Positions 1-13,329 of a stretch of 64,000 nt of DNA are shown here, piece by piece. Position 1 is the first letter of the stretch; each line of letters begins with the position of its first letter. Made by a program: the position numbers and the translations under genes. The DNA is from Eutreptiella sp. 'Long Island Sound 2002' (Eukaryota; Protista; Euglenida): NCBI GenBank assembly GCA_964036045.1, contig OZ038378.1:15996001-16060000 (forward strand), read 5' to 3'. The notes beneath the pieces were generated by a model. The model was not told where the DNA came from and did no database searches. It saw only the letters and a list, made by a program, of their open reading frames with translations.

Positions 1-927
<927 letters not shown>

Positions 928-1686
928 TCAGACATCCGACCCCCAAACGATGAGTGCAAGGCCCCGTGCAAACGGGTATATGTTCAGCTGCGGGTTTCAC
1001 AACATGAGGGCTCCTCTGGTGTTGAGACTGCTGAAGGACACGCGACCCCCCCCCTCCCCGTCAGGATGGTCACGCTCTCTCTCGCCATGCCCCAATCGCA
1101 GTGTATAGTAATTGGAGATTCTCCACCCCCTCCCCCCTGGGGGGGGGTGCAGACCCTGACCTTTATACCTTTATCCTCTGTCCGATTGTCCCACCCTCGC
1201 CCCCTTTGGCCCATTTGTTGCCACACGGATATGCGCTCGCTCACCTCATTTTATTGTAACAACATCCGTTGTTCTTCGGAGTGTGTTACGCCGCTCATTC
1301 TGGGCAAACCTGTCCTTTCTGCACCAATACTCACCCTCCCCCTTGGCGCTGCCACGGCCCGGTCCAAGCACGGCGCCCTCGTCTGACAGACGGTTTTCTG
1401 ACCACAGCCTTTCTGATCAAGAACGCCGCATGACACGTGTGCGAGTCGGTTAAAGTGGGAACGAGGGGCTGTGGCCTGCTAATCATAACGGTGTGCCTGA
1501 AACCCACGCCTCTTCGGTTTGGGTGTCATTCCGCACCGATGCTGCTGCACAGGGGCGTAAACCCCCCAAGGACCGCGGGCCTGTGGATCGTGCGGCCTTT
1601 GACTAAGTACGGGTTCTCCGTCTGACCTTCGTTTTCCCTAACTTGGGCCGTGCTTGTGCAAGGGGGAGGGGAGGGGTGGGGGGGAT

Positions 1687-2812
1687 CAGCACAAAAAGAG
1701 CCCGAAATTGGGAGGAACCTAAGCAGCAAAGCAACTGGGCACAGGGCCGCCCCACACACGACAGTGAGACGAGCCCCAACAGGACACACAACAAGACACA
1801 AGGGAACCATGAGGTGCGAGCACTGCAGCAACCACCAAATGCGGCGCACGCCGAGCGAGCCATCAGCAACCCCCCCCCCCTCTCCCTCTACAAGGTGCCC
1901 ACGTACTCCACAAGGGCGGAGGCTGCACCCCGCGCGCCGGGAGGTGCCCGCCACGGGGGTGGCAACAGGGCCGTGCCCAGCCAACCGCGCACGCAACAGT
2001 CCACGTCGTACGGAGATGTGAAATCCTCGTACAGGGGGGTCAGGCGGGTGGGACAGGAGTGGGTGCGCGACAGGGGCACCCAGGAGCGCCACCAGACATG
2101 GGGAGGAGCAACACAGACGCACAGAACGCGGGAGCCACACCAGGAGGGACAAGGGCGAGCACAGCAAACAAGGAGGAGGGGCACAGCAAGGCAGGATAGG
2201 CAACCAGAACAACAGGAACAGGGAACCAGAATGGAGCGGATGGGAGAGCGTGCGCATGGGAGGCAGCGACAATAAAGGGGATGGCTTGGCCAGCCAGCCC
2301 TGTCGCTACCTGGTGCCAAGGGCAACCCCTGCTCAACCGGCATCAGGTGGGGGGTGTCTCCCGCAGCCCAGATGGGCTGTTTGCGCAACAGGAGCGGGAG
2401 CCCATCAGGGGCAGACTAGCCGTGAGGGGGAAAAGGACATATGCTGGACGGCCGGGACAGCACGTGGAGGAACAGGGCACCTGGGCCTCACGCACACAGA
2501 AACACAGTGAGACGGCCTGTGGACAGAGGCGTGTGGGCAGCAAAAACAGTCCAACGACCCCGGCAACAACCAGCACATCCTCAATACGCCAACTATTGGG
2601 CGCCGCTGACGCGCAAACGGCACACCCTGCCACATCCAGCACAGCCCCAACACACCAACTACTGGGCTCCGCGAACACGGAAACGACACCAACAAGAGCA
2701 CCGGCCGCAGCGGCTGACAGAAAGCAGCGACCCGACGCAACATGCGAAGGGAAGAACGGGTGACTGTCCAGGGCCCCGTAAAGGAGCAACAACCAGACGG
2801 AATGTCACACAG
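1687..2812 (+). mobile_element. Repeat family A, copy 1 (gag/ORF1-like retroelement segment)
   Basis: Clear high-identity match to the reverse complement of 49541-50437 plus 51736-51982 (e.g. AAAGAGCCCGAAATTGGGAGGAAC; GGGTGACTGTCCAGGGCCCCGTAAAGGA). Long low-complexity ORFs 1643-2275 and 2281-2763. CAA>TAA stop at 2273 relative to copy 2. Confidence 0.8.
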
Positions 2813-4699
2813 GGGGGTGAGGACGTGGTGTCTCGTCTGCCGCTTCATTGCGCCAACCGCACGTACTTGGGGCCACGAACAGACAGTCACACTGGTCTAG
2901 ATGTGGCTTGGCCTGGCATTACGATGTGACCTCTCACACACACAAACGCAAGGCACACAAAAGACAAGGCACTGGGCACCGGTTGTACCACCGGTTGATA
3001 TACAACGTGACCTAGCGCTTGCACGATTCTCCCCTCCCAGCTGGCGTTTACCAGCCAACTGCTGGCGGTTACTGGCCGCTTGCTGTGGCTTTGCTGCTGA
3101 CCGATGTTGCTTAATCTCCAACGGCTCTCAATTGACGAGATTTAACCGCCCAACCGCTGTCCGCCAGATACTGTCCCCTGCTTTTTTTTGCTGAACCGTG
3201 GCGGACATTCTGTTTCCTCACGAAGAAGCGCTGTGGATGCGATTCTCAGGGTTTCTCAGCTTTTAAGGGTCGCTGCTGCGGCCGCGGAGGGCTGGGCCAT
3301 TTAGGCCCCACCTTCGGCTCCAGTGAGGCAGACTCTCTGGTGTCAGGCCTGCAGAGGGGCTGCCACGGACTTTGACGACCGCCTGAATTGGGAAGCCTGG
3401 CTCCGGCGTCAGGCCCCATCCTGCCTGGCCGTTTCCTTGGCATCGCAACACAGGCAACACATCTCCCAATGATAGTCCTGTGTAGCGGCGCCCATTGAGG
3501 GGCGTGCCCTCTTCCTTCTCACGAGCTGACCAGTCCACATCGCAGTGGCCGTCTAAGTGGCAGGGCAATCGTCAGGTGCACCATGTCATATCGCCATCAT
3601 GCAGGACTGATTGGGGCTGGCACGTGCTTTTACCCCCTGCGCCCCCTGGGAATGCCATGCCCGCCGTGGGCACGTCTCAGTATTTCGTGGTTGGGAGGCT
3701 TTTGTAGCGCCCCCTGCCCCACCTTTGTCCCTGCCCTTGTAAGTCCCTGGGGGGTGGGGGGACCGTCACTTTGACCTTTTGGGTTTTTATTTGGAGGAGA
3801 GTGGCAGAGGAAGAAGAGCAGAAGAATATCATGTGTGGAGTATTCCGCTTGTCGTTCCAGCTCAGCTTGCAGGAGTGATGCCTTTTTCCGCTGTCTGTCG
3901 TGCAGCATACTGCGGTTTCCACAAGTTCAGCACTAGAGGCTTATCAGAGTGCCATGTGGCCCCCAGGTACTGTTAATGATTTCACTAGTTCAGAGGGTCA
4001 GGGGGCTCAGAGGGCTCGCAGATCATGGGCTGGGGAGGCTCAAAGACTGCTGCATTGTCAAGTGCACTTGAATCAGGCAGAATGAACTTCGATTTGTGCG
4101 AATTGTGCCTGATGGGTCCTGCCGTGAATGACAGTTGGGGTCGTTGTTATTTCGTGGGCACTCTTTTCTGACCGAACACGGACGCAGTACCCACAAAGTG
4201 CACTGCATCCAACGAAAGCCCCACAAAAATATCAAGGGAGGGCCACATGTATTGCAAGATCCACACAGCCCGACTCCCTCCCGTGCACTCCTTGGAGCAT
4301 CCATTTGCATTCATTGGATGATGGCCCTCCCATGGTATGTAGCCTGAAAGGAAGGCGGGGGTGGCATGCTGGTAGGGCATATCATGAAGCGGTGGGATGG
4401 ATCCCCCCGCCCCCACTCGTAGCACACATGCAAAACATACCCTGAATGGGTTTGCGGTCCTTGAAGGCCTCCCAGAATCCCTCCAAGGCACGGTGTGCCC
4501 TCACTTTCAAGGGTGGGTTTTGACGTGTCTTGGCAATGCAAGAAACTGTACCCCAAGGGCCGGGCTGGGGGGATGCTTACAATTTGCCGCGTCATACAGC
4601 TGTACAGCGGGCCCCTGAACACTGTTCAATAGCGCCGCATCCCCTGGGCCAATGCACGCTTGTGCACGAGACACCATCAGCTGCACCATTCTGCCTTAG

Positions 4700-5200
4700 C
4701 GCTCCAGTGGGCTGATGCGCTGTTGATCGATCCCCCCATCATTTTGTCTCTGGGCACCCCAAATCACTAGCTCGCTCCTGCCCCATATTGACTCAAATGG
4801 ATGTAAGTGACTTCTTGCACGGAGCGTGCCAGTTGGACAAGCCCCTTCAGGCCCTCAGGCATGAAGGAGCGGGGCCGGTCGAGAAAGGGGCATCCAAGGA
4901 CGCTGAACCCAGTGTATTGAGCTGCGTCGTCTTGCAACGTGTGTGGGGGTGTACATGGAGATTGGGGTTGCCGCCTGCATGAGGCAGCATGTGGGAGGTA
5001 TGGCGGCAGTTGAGGGGCAAGTAGATGTGCTTTACCGCATTCCAAGTGCCGCCGCCGCTGACTTGGGGGCAGCATGGGCAGGAACCCCGACCCCCGCACC
5101 ACATGATGGCGTACAGCATGAGGTCACCAAGGGGTGAGGAAACACGAGCAGGCAGCCACGGATCCCGGGGCAAACTGAGGCAGTGCAAGGAGGGAAGCCT
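4700..5200 (-). mobile_element. Possible decayed non-LTR RT C-terminal fragment
   Basis: ORF 4767-5102 contains LECGKAHLLAP...GFSVLGCPF, resembling the post-RT GLxLNxxK...GxxVLGxPxG motifs; weak. Confidence 0.25.
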
Positions 5201-5810
5201 CTTGTTCTGTCAGCGAGAGAAAAAGAAGGGTGTCCTTTCTCTCGCTCTTCGCCCCAGGATAGCACGAGAGGGAGAGGCAACATGCAGCAGCCCAAGGGCT
5301 ATGCGCGTTAAAATTATTTCCCATCAGACCGAGGAAAACGATCAGGGAACACAATGCAATTTAGGCCAGCATCCCACGTTGTGCTGCCCACCATCGAGCA
5401 CACACAGTTTGGATGGTTCAGACTCAAAAAGGGCACCCCCTCCCCTTGCAAGAACAGCTCCTTGTTCGAACAACAGGAGGTGTTGTTGCCGCAACTTTTG
5501 GGACCATGTCCTACTTTGCCCTTTATAAAACACCCCCCTTTGATGGAACAACACCCGGTGTTGTTTCCGTCAAGTTTTGGGATTTTAGGGTTGTTCTCGC
5601 AAGGGGGGGTGGGGGTACCAGACGTAGTGAATGGGTTCATCTGTCCCCCCCCACCCACCCACCCACCTCAGCATGGATTTCGCAGTGCGTAGGGACCGTA
5701 TTTAATTGGGTGCCTAATTTGATTCAGTACCAAATGCAGCCACATAAGACATGGGTTTGGCCACCTCGAATAGAGGACGCCATACACCCCCCTTTGGGGG
5801 GGGGGGGGGG

Positions 5811-6253
5811 GTTCATTCGCGTAGCATACCCCAAGGCATGATATTGGATGTCCAACCTTTGTAAAATTATTATTTTGCCTGACAAAACGATCTCCCAATG
5901 GAGTTTTTGGTTTTGAGGCCTCTATACCCCTGAAACTGGATACCACATTTTTTTTTGGGGGGGGGGGTCAAAAGTTTGTGCTCAGAAGGATTTAAACCGG
6001 GGTTGTACAGAAGAGACGGACGAGTCCATTGCCACCGCAGTGGGACGTGCGGCCGGGATTCCAACCAGCAATAAACCAGTTGTCAACCGACTGTTCTATC
6101 ACTCGACTGCCGTCAGTTCCTGTCGCTCTCAGTCTTCACTGTTTATAAATGTGGTCAGCCACCTCTAAAAAGCCAAACTGTGTGTTTCTGCCTGCATGCC
6201 TACTTGCCCGACTGACTGCCTGCTGCCTAACTCACTGCTTCACTGACTAACTG
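5811..6253 (+). repeat. Dispersed repeat family B, copy 1
   Basis: Near-identical to the reverse complement of 21071-21510 (TCATTCGCGTAGCATACCCCAAGGCATGATATTGGATGTCCAACC...). A diverged relative lies at about 50925-51460. Confidence 0.9.
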
Positions 6254-9064
6254 ACTGATTGGCTGACTGTCAGCCTCTTGCCAAAGGCAATAGAATTTTG
6301 CCAGTTGCATAGAGTCATGGACACATTTGTTGTGAGTGTTTGCCCACCTGAGCCCACATAGCTCTGATTTTGGGGATATTTGTGCATTACATTCCCCTTT
6401 CTTGCACCAGCTCACCATGGAATTCTCTCTTTTTGAACCGGGTGTCTGCTTTGTCCAAGCTACAGTAGGCATAGGGACCGTATTAATTTGGGACTTTTGC
6501 ATAGCTCAGGGGGGCTACACAGCGGGCGCACAGCACGCGAGTAGTTTTGCAGTTTGGAGAATTTTGGGTAATTAGCAATTTTCTTGCCTACCTAGCCAAT
6601 ACTACACCCCCACATTGGTGAGGTCCTGATCACTCATGCCTTCTTTCTTTTGTGTCCCAATGATGATGTCATTGCTTTATGGATCACACACATCCCACAC
6701 ATCAACAACAACCCATTCGATAACTCGCCACCATACAGCAGGGTTGTTTTTCGGGCCTTGCAGCATTCATCAGGCACGCAAACTCCTCTAGGAGTCAATG
6801 TGGCTGTGTACAATTGAGTACTCTGGCCAAAGAAATCTGACATAACGCATTCTTCAAATCCACAACAGACCTTAACTGGTTCTAGTACATTTGTGTGTGT
6901 TGTTGTGCATGCCATTGAAAAAGGGTATCCCAGTTTGGTAATTATGAGTATTGAGCACTCAATGAGCAAACTGAAACCGATGCATACCCTCTCCCTACTG
7001 TAGACAAGAAATGAGGGGCAACACACATGCAACTCATATAAATGTAGCACGGCCATAGTTAGGGATACCCGGCAGTATTATCCAGCTTGGGTATGCTGTT
7101 GTACAAATTTTGTGCACAGTGCGCACATGACACGCAATACACCCCCTTCGTTGTCGTGGGGGGTCTCCCAGCTCCCATTGTCACAATGTATGCATGGCAA
7201 GAGGCACACCGCCTGCATACTCGAAAGATGAAAACCCCACACATGTAGACTGAGAGCAACACACTTATTCACACAAGGGCAAAATACGAAAGGTGATTGG
7301 CTTCAATGTGCACCATTGTTCTACTGCAAGGACACACTCAGATTAGAAGCGCCATCTCACCCGTAGGCCGTAGGCAAACCTCTTGAACGTGCCCATCACG
7401 GCTTGTCTCGCGTGCTGCTTTGGATCTGGGCTTTGAGGCGGCAGGGTCAACCATGGGCTGCCAATTTCTGAAATACTTGGGCACAGCGCCATCACTCACA
7501 GTGTCACGAGTAGAGTCTCAAATTCTCGAACAGATGACCCAAGCCCGACAGACAAGGGGCTGCCTTGGCCCACACAATGCCTACATATTGTGCCCTGCCC
7601 CCCCCCCCCCCTCCTCCTGCTCGCCATCCGTATCTATTCAAGAGCATTGTTTCCGTGATTCCGGTCCCGCCAAATCGATGGTTTTTTGAAGGACAAAAAA
7701 GTGCAGTCAGACGGGGTGTCCATCTTTGGCCATAGAATCGACGATGGCCGTCACCTAGATCTAACATCTCAGTTACAATTGGGTGTTGCTCTTTAGAAAA
7801 AGCCAGATAGGGGGGGGACCTGGGCTCACATGAGTGCTCCAATACCAGAGGCCCCCGCACCCATTTCCCCCACTGGGGATGGCACTCAGACAACGAGGTA
7901 TGAAAATGTTGTGTGCACCAGCCATGCAGTCCTCGAAATATCTACAACCACAAGGGGAACACCCTTTGAGAGCATAGACTGTCATTTCTCATGATTCGAG
8001 TCGGGAGCAAAAGCAGATTGCTAGAAGGAGCCGGTGCAGATCCCTAGGCACGGAGGGTGGTGAAATTGCACCGTGTGCGCACTACGTGCACCGCATGCTG
8101 CCGAGCAAGTAACGTCTTAGTGTAGCATACACCCTTTTTGAAGGTAGGCAGTGACGCAGTGGCCTTAGGGGTTTGCATGCAACAATAGTCTCCTCCAATG
8201 CAAAGACTTTGGTTCTCAGGTGTTGATGCTTGCAGCTGCTGCCACCTTGTGCAAGGAAGGCCATACATTTGTGATGGAAAAGCTACCACGGCTCTCATGG
8301 CCCAAGGAAGACTCAGCATGCGAAATGGGGAATGTGAGGCAGTCCACTGAGCAATCTGCATACAGCTGGATATGGCCAGACCGTTCATATTGGACTGCCA
8401 TAGAGCCCAAGGTGGATAATGGGAACATTCAACAGTTCAACCGAGCACCACGGTACCTTGTTTAGACATATTTCACACGGTGATGATTGCTCCTTGCTCT
8501 GTGCCTTGGCTGCCTGTTGCACCACAAAGTAGATTTCATGCACCATCGATCGTTTGCTATCAATGCACCATGGGCTGAACGGGATCAGGCAGTCTTGGAT
8601 TCTTTGCAGTGCAATGGTGATGCCTGAGGAGGGGGGACACAGGTTTGCACCGCAGGTGGTGGTTGGGGGTCGTTTGGGGTCGTTCGAGCCCCTTAAAGGA
8701 GGGTTGGGGTAGGGGTGGAGTTTGGAAAAGGGGTTCGGGTGACAGGAGTGTTGTTGCAACTAAAGGATTTTGGTGCCAAACGAAAAGATTTTCAAAAAAA
8801 GGTCCCCAACATATGTACAATCAAAGTAATCAGTGCGATGTCTGATCATTTTGCAGATACAAAGAGACAAGAAAACAGCAGCATTCCCAAAAGAGAGCAT
8901 TGCTGCCGGATGCGGATTGCTTACGAAGTTCAACACGCCACGCCAAGGACAGCACAACGATGCTTGCCTGGAGTGGGTGGGGGGGATTACCTGTGTAAAA
9001 TCCAAGAAGAGCCCTACCCTTCCCTCACTCCCACACTCGCCCTCATTTGCGTCCGTGCCATCAG

Positions 9065-9310
9065 GTCCCCATGACCAAAACAATAAAAGAATGGGAGCTG
9101 GTGGACGTGCACGGGGAGTTCGAGGCAATGGAGGTGATGAACACGACCAAGGCCTTGGAAGACGTATACGAGAAGAATAACCCGGATTTTGCTGTGTCGA
9201 GCACCGCCCGGCAGTCCAGGGTCAGCTCCTGGGAGAAGGACACCCTCACGTCCACGCCCGATTCGGCGTACCAAGGCCCGCACCTCACGTTCCCGCTCAG
9301 CTCGGCACAG
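9065..9310 (+). CDS. PPEF: PPEF exon (N-terminal region, VPMTKTIKEW...PDSAYQGPHLTFPLSSAQ)
   Basis: CAG acceptor at 9062-9064, GT donor at 9311, phase 0; YQGPHLTFPL matches the PPEF YxGPxLxFPL motif. Confidence 0.85.
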
Positions 9311-10003
9311 GTCGTGGTAGGCGGTGCTGAGGACTCATGTGAGATGAGGGCCGAGGTGAGGGATGTAGTAGGGGCTGAGGTGAGGGCCGAGGGTCGATGC
9401 TTGCCCACATCCTGCCCCTATTGCCATGGTTGGGGAGGGGTAAGGGGACGGTCTTCTTCCCCCTCTGTCTGCATCCAGCACCAACCCCCCTCCAGTTGTT
9501 AGTCCATCTCCGAATACAGGCCCCTCCCTTCGGCCCTGGGAATCGCATGCGTCTGAGTGGCTGGTCCATCAAAGAGGCTCACCAGATGGCGGGTGGCCTT
9601 TGTTTTCGTAATCAGCACAGTACATTGCATCATGTACTGGGCCCGTTGCGCACCGTTTACCACCAGGGTGTACAGAATGACACAAGTGGATGCAGGCCAC
9701 GAGCATCAAGGGGCCATTGTGGGACACATTTGCCCGTGAGCAAACCTAACCGTTTGTGCAGGTGGGGCCTCCTGTCATACAGGCAAGGTGCTCGCTCTCA
9801 TCACAGCGACTTCTCGCAGCGAGAGGTCTCGATGAGGGGCAGGTACCCAGCCCATGGGCAATCGCTCCTAGCTATGATTTCTCCCCCTCTGCGCACCGTT
9901 TACATGTGTAAAGAGCACATGGCGATGCACTGCACCACGGCACACTTTGCACTGTGCGCATCGCGCTCTTATGCTCTGCACAGCACACGCACTCCGTTTT
10001 CAG

Positions 10004-10268
10004 GTGGATTCTCTGGGGCTGCACTTTGCGACGCACCCGGACGTGCCACTGCATGAGAGCTACCAGTGCAGGATCCTCGTTGAGGCCCGCGCCCTCCTCA
10101 GCACCCTCCCGCGCGTGCAGAGGCTGCAGACTCGCTCTGCCCAGCACTCCAAACTGATTGTGGTAGGGGACCTGCACGGGCAATTGGAGGATTTGTTCAC
10201 CATCTTTGCCGAGCATTCAGTACTTATTCAACGGGGATTTTGTGGACCGTGGCAAATTTGGGGTTGAG
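10004..10268 (+). CDS. PPEF: PPEF exon (GDLHGQ and GDFVDRG motifs), frameshifted near 10216
   Basis: AG at 10002-10003, GT at 10269. VDSLGLHF...VVGDLHGQLEDLFTIFAEH in one frame and QYLFNGDFVDRGKFGVE in another; exon length 265 is not a multiple of 3. Confidence 0.9.
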
Positions 10269-11050
10269 GTGTGCCTTATCCCGGTCCCGCTTCAGCAGGC
10301 GGCCCTGCCCGTGCTCCGAGACGGTGGCTGCATGGCGCAGAGGCGGCCATGTCTTACGGGACATCACGAACTTTGGCCCAAAGGCCGCTCTGTCGTGCAG
10401 AGTTTTCCGACTTTTGGCGCAACCTGATAGCGCTGTCTTGAGGAATTGCTTGAGGGCAGCCGTGGAAGCCCTTCTGAAGGGGGCGGCCCCCCAGAAGGTC
10501 GCCTCCTCCGAATTTGTTCCCCAGTGGAGTTCGTTTTTGTTGCTGATTTGCTCAGTGCGTTTTGCTCCCGGCCAAAGCAGCGCGGGGGCATGGGCACGCG
10601 AACAGTCGGAGGTGAGTGCGCCAGTGTCAAGGTCAAGGTCGTGCGCAGGTCTGCTGTCCTCCTCCTCTTCATCCAACGGCCACGTATTGCCCTTGAACCA
10701 GTGAGACGGTGGCTTGAGCAAGACTGGCGGCGGGATTCTCATCCTGATTTGCGGCAACAGATGAGGGATGATGAGCCCAGTTTGATTTGTAGTGCGTGTT
10801 TTGCCGTTGCCTGCAGTGCCTGCACCCCTTTGTTCCATGGGCGCCTACTCCACATCGGCGGTTGCTGGATTGATCTTGACGAAAATAAGTTTTCCCGTTG
10901 CAACGTGAGTTTTTGAACTGTGTTTGGTAGTCATGTGACGCCACAAAATCACTCGGAATACCCTTTTGCTGGTGTGGGTTACAGTGTTTCACAGTGTCTG
11001 TGCCTGCACGTGTCTGAATATTGCCGCCACGCCCCCCTCCCTCTCCACAG

Positions 11051-11209
11051 ATTGTGACCGTCATACTGGCGTACAAGCTGGTCTACCCCGATTCTGTGCA
11101 CCTCAACCGTGGAAACCACGAGACTGTAGGCATGAACATGAGCTACGGATTCGTGGAGGAGGTGTTCGAGAAGTTCGACAGTGCCCACATGTTCGATTTA
11201 TTCACGCAG
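11051..11209 (+). CDS. PPEF: PPEF exon (NRGNHE motif)
   Basis: IVTVILAYKLVYPDSVHLNRGNHETVGMNMSYGFVEEVFEKF...; CAG acceptor and GT donor, 159 nt. Confidence 0.95.
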
Positions 11210-11366
11210 GTCTGCACACAAGGCCACTCTTGTGAAACCAGGGGAACAGTGAGGGCGGATGAGGTGGGGCGGATGGGGAGGGGGTCATCAGGAGCTTCCC
11301 ATCTCCTGTGTATTTCTTGGGCGTGTTGTCCACTCCCGTGGCAGCTTGCTCTGCAGGCCCCACCGG

Positions 11367-11487
11367 GGGGTTGACGTGACCGTGTGTCTGGACGATGAAC
11401 AGGTAACCCAACACTGCAGAGTGCTGGATACCGACGCCTTTGACATTGTCATTGGCACAGATTTTCTGCGCCGAAACCCCCAGGTGA
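11367..11487 (+). mobile_element. LTR-retrotransposon aspartic protease C-terminal fragment inside a PPEF intron
   Basis: GVDVTVCLDDEQVTQHCRVLDTDAFDIVIGTDFLRRNPQV matches the retropepsin C-terminal motif (F/C)xVL...D(I/L)(I/L)(L/I)GxDFL; the catalytic DSG part is absent. Confidence 0.6.
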
Positions 11488-12901
11488 CCCCAGGTGCAAC
11501 GTCCCTATGCTCCATTTGTATAGTGTTAGACCGCTGGGGAGAGTGTCAGGGGATATATTAGAGGAGCTGATGCCCATAGGAGGACGGGGGGTCCCCCCAA
11601 CACCCCCCGCGCCCTTCCAGCACCATTCCCCACCCCCTTGGCCCTCTTCCAATTGGACGTCTGGGTCATGACATGTGCATTTGACATCGGCAGATGTTGT
11701 GATGACAACCCGGGCGTGAGAAAGCACTTCGGGGCCTGCGCTGGCCTAATATGCGTGCTGTTGCGTCGTACCTGATACTCGTGCAGTGTCGACAAATGGG
11801 GCGCGGTGTCCACAAACGCAAAGTGCCCACAGACTGTGCGCAGGTGAACAGTATGGCTCCCCTTTTGGGGGGTGAGGGATATTGCCATTTGGCGTCTGTG
11901 CACGGGGTTTACGAGCTGTGCAGACACCAGGCCACAGGTATGCCTGGTGTCTCCAGATGGCACACGGGTAAACGGTGAGTGCGCACTGTCTGCACACGGT
12001 GCACAGTGTCTACAGAACGTGCGCGGGTTAATGGTGTACAAGTGTGCCTGTGTTTACGTATTTCGTCACCCGCGTGTCAGCGAACACGCATTTCACGGCG
12101 TAGTAGCCCAGTTCTATGTTGACTCTTCGACGTCATGCAGGACTGCAGTGCGGATGAGGGGCGGTGATGGGTGGGAGGTGTGCTCATGTTGGGTGCACGT
12201 GTGTGGCCACCACTGCTCAGTGGCCATGCGATGCCAATCCGCCATCTATACCCCCGTGCGCGTGCGGCGCACCGCATGCCGACGGTGCCTTCCGGCGGAA
12301 ACCCCTCGAGACCAGCGGGTTCGGCCCCGGCGTGGGGGGTCCGCCTGAGCTACAGACGGCCTGGCCCCTTAAGGGGGGTCGTTTTCCTGGACAAGCGTGA
12401 CGCGCGTGTCTTGTGCAGGCGGATGATGTGTAGGCGATGGCATTTGACTGACCACCCTCGACCGAACACGGGCTGTGCCTGCTCACGGGGTCTCGAACCG
12501 CTGCCGGGCGTCAGGCACGGACATCCGCTGTGGGCTACGAGGGCGACAGTCCCGGCGAGGGAAAGCGGGGGGGCCGCAGGGTTGGGGTGTGCCGTGGGGT
12601 TTTGGTGTCGGAGGGTAACAGGAATTGAACAACGAGAGAATGGGGTGCGACAAAGACTCGAATTCCCGGCCAATCCCGCCCTTTCCCCGTATCCCCCCCC
12701 CCTTCCCACACAACCCTCCCGTCCCCACACACCCGCGCCTTATGTCTGACATCTCCCACATCCATTCCCCACCTGACAACGTCCCCTCCCGCACACCGCG
12801 GCGTCGGTTTCCCCCATCGCATTCCCTCTGTGCGGCTGTAGGCGCCGTGTGCTGTCACCACTCCACCAGCCGGAGCTCGGGGCCACCCTCTTCTGTTGCA
12901 G

Positions 12902-13204
12902 GTTTGGGATCAGTTGCCGCTTGGGGCAGTCCTCGACGACCGTGTTTTCGTCGTCCACGGGGGCCTTTTCCGGCGGCCGGTCACGCTGGCAGAACTGGAC
13001 ACGGTGCCGCGAACGGAGTGCGACATGGTGCACAATAACGTCCCCGGGATGGACCTCCTGAACGATGCGCTGTGGGCGGACCCCCAACAAACGCCGGGGC
13101 TCTCGGACAGCTCCCGTGGCGATGCCACCCTGACTTTCGGTCCTGACGTCACGGCCTCGTTCCATCAGGACAATGGGCTGGAGCTCGTGATCCGTTCCCA
13201 TCAG
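12902..13204 (+). CDS. PPEF: PPEF exon (HGG, LWADP, FGPD, RSHQ)
   Basis: VWDQLPLGAVLDDRVFVVHGGLF...DALWADP...TFGPDVTASF...VIRSHQ; AG/GT boundaries, 303 nt. Confidence 0.95.
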
Positions 13205-13329
13205 GTCCCTGAGGATGCTGTTTGCGGGGCTAGGGGCTTTGTGTACATGTGTGTGTGCGTGTGTTGTATGTGTGTGTTGCATGTGTGTGTTGTGCGTGTG
13301 TGTGGTGGCGGCTACTCGGACGAAGACTA

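Noticed and set aside
3085-3480. T-tract and nearby ATG (3237) as the PPEF 5' end
   Set aside because: The ATG frame closes after 9 codons, and no frame resembles a PPEF N-terminus.
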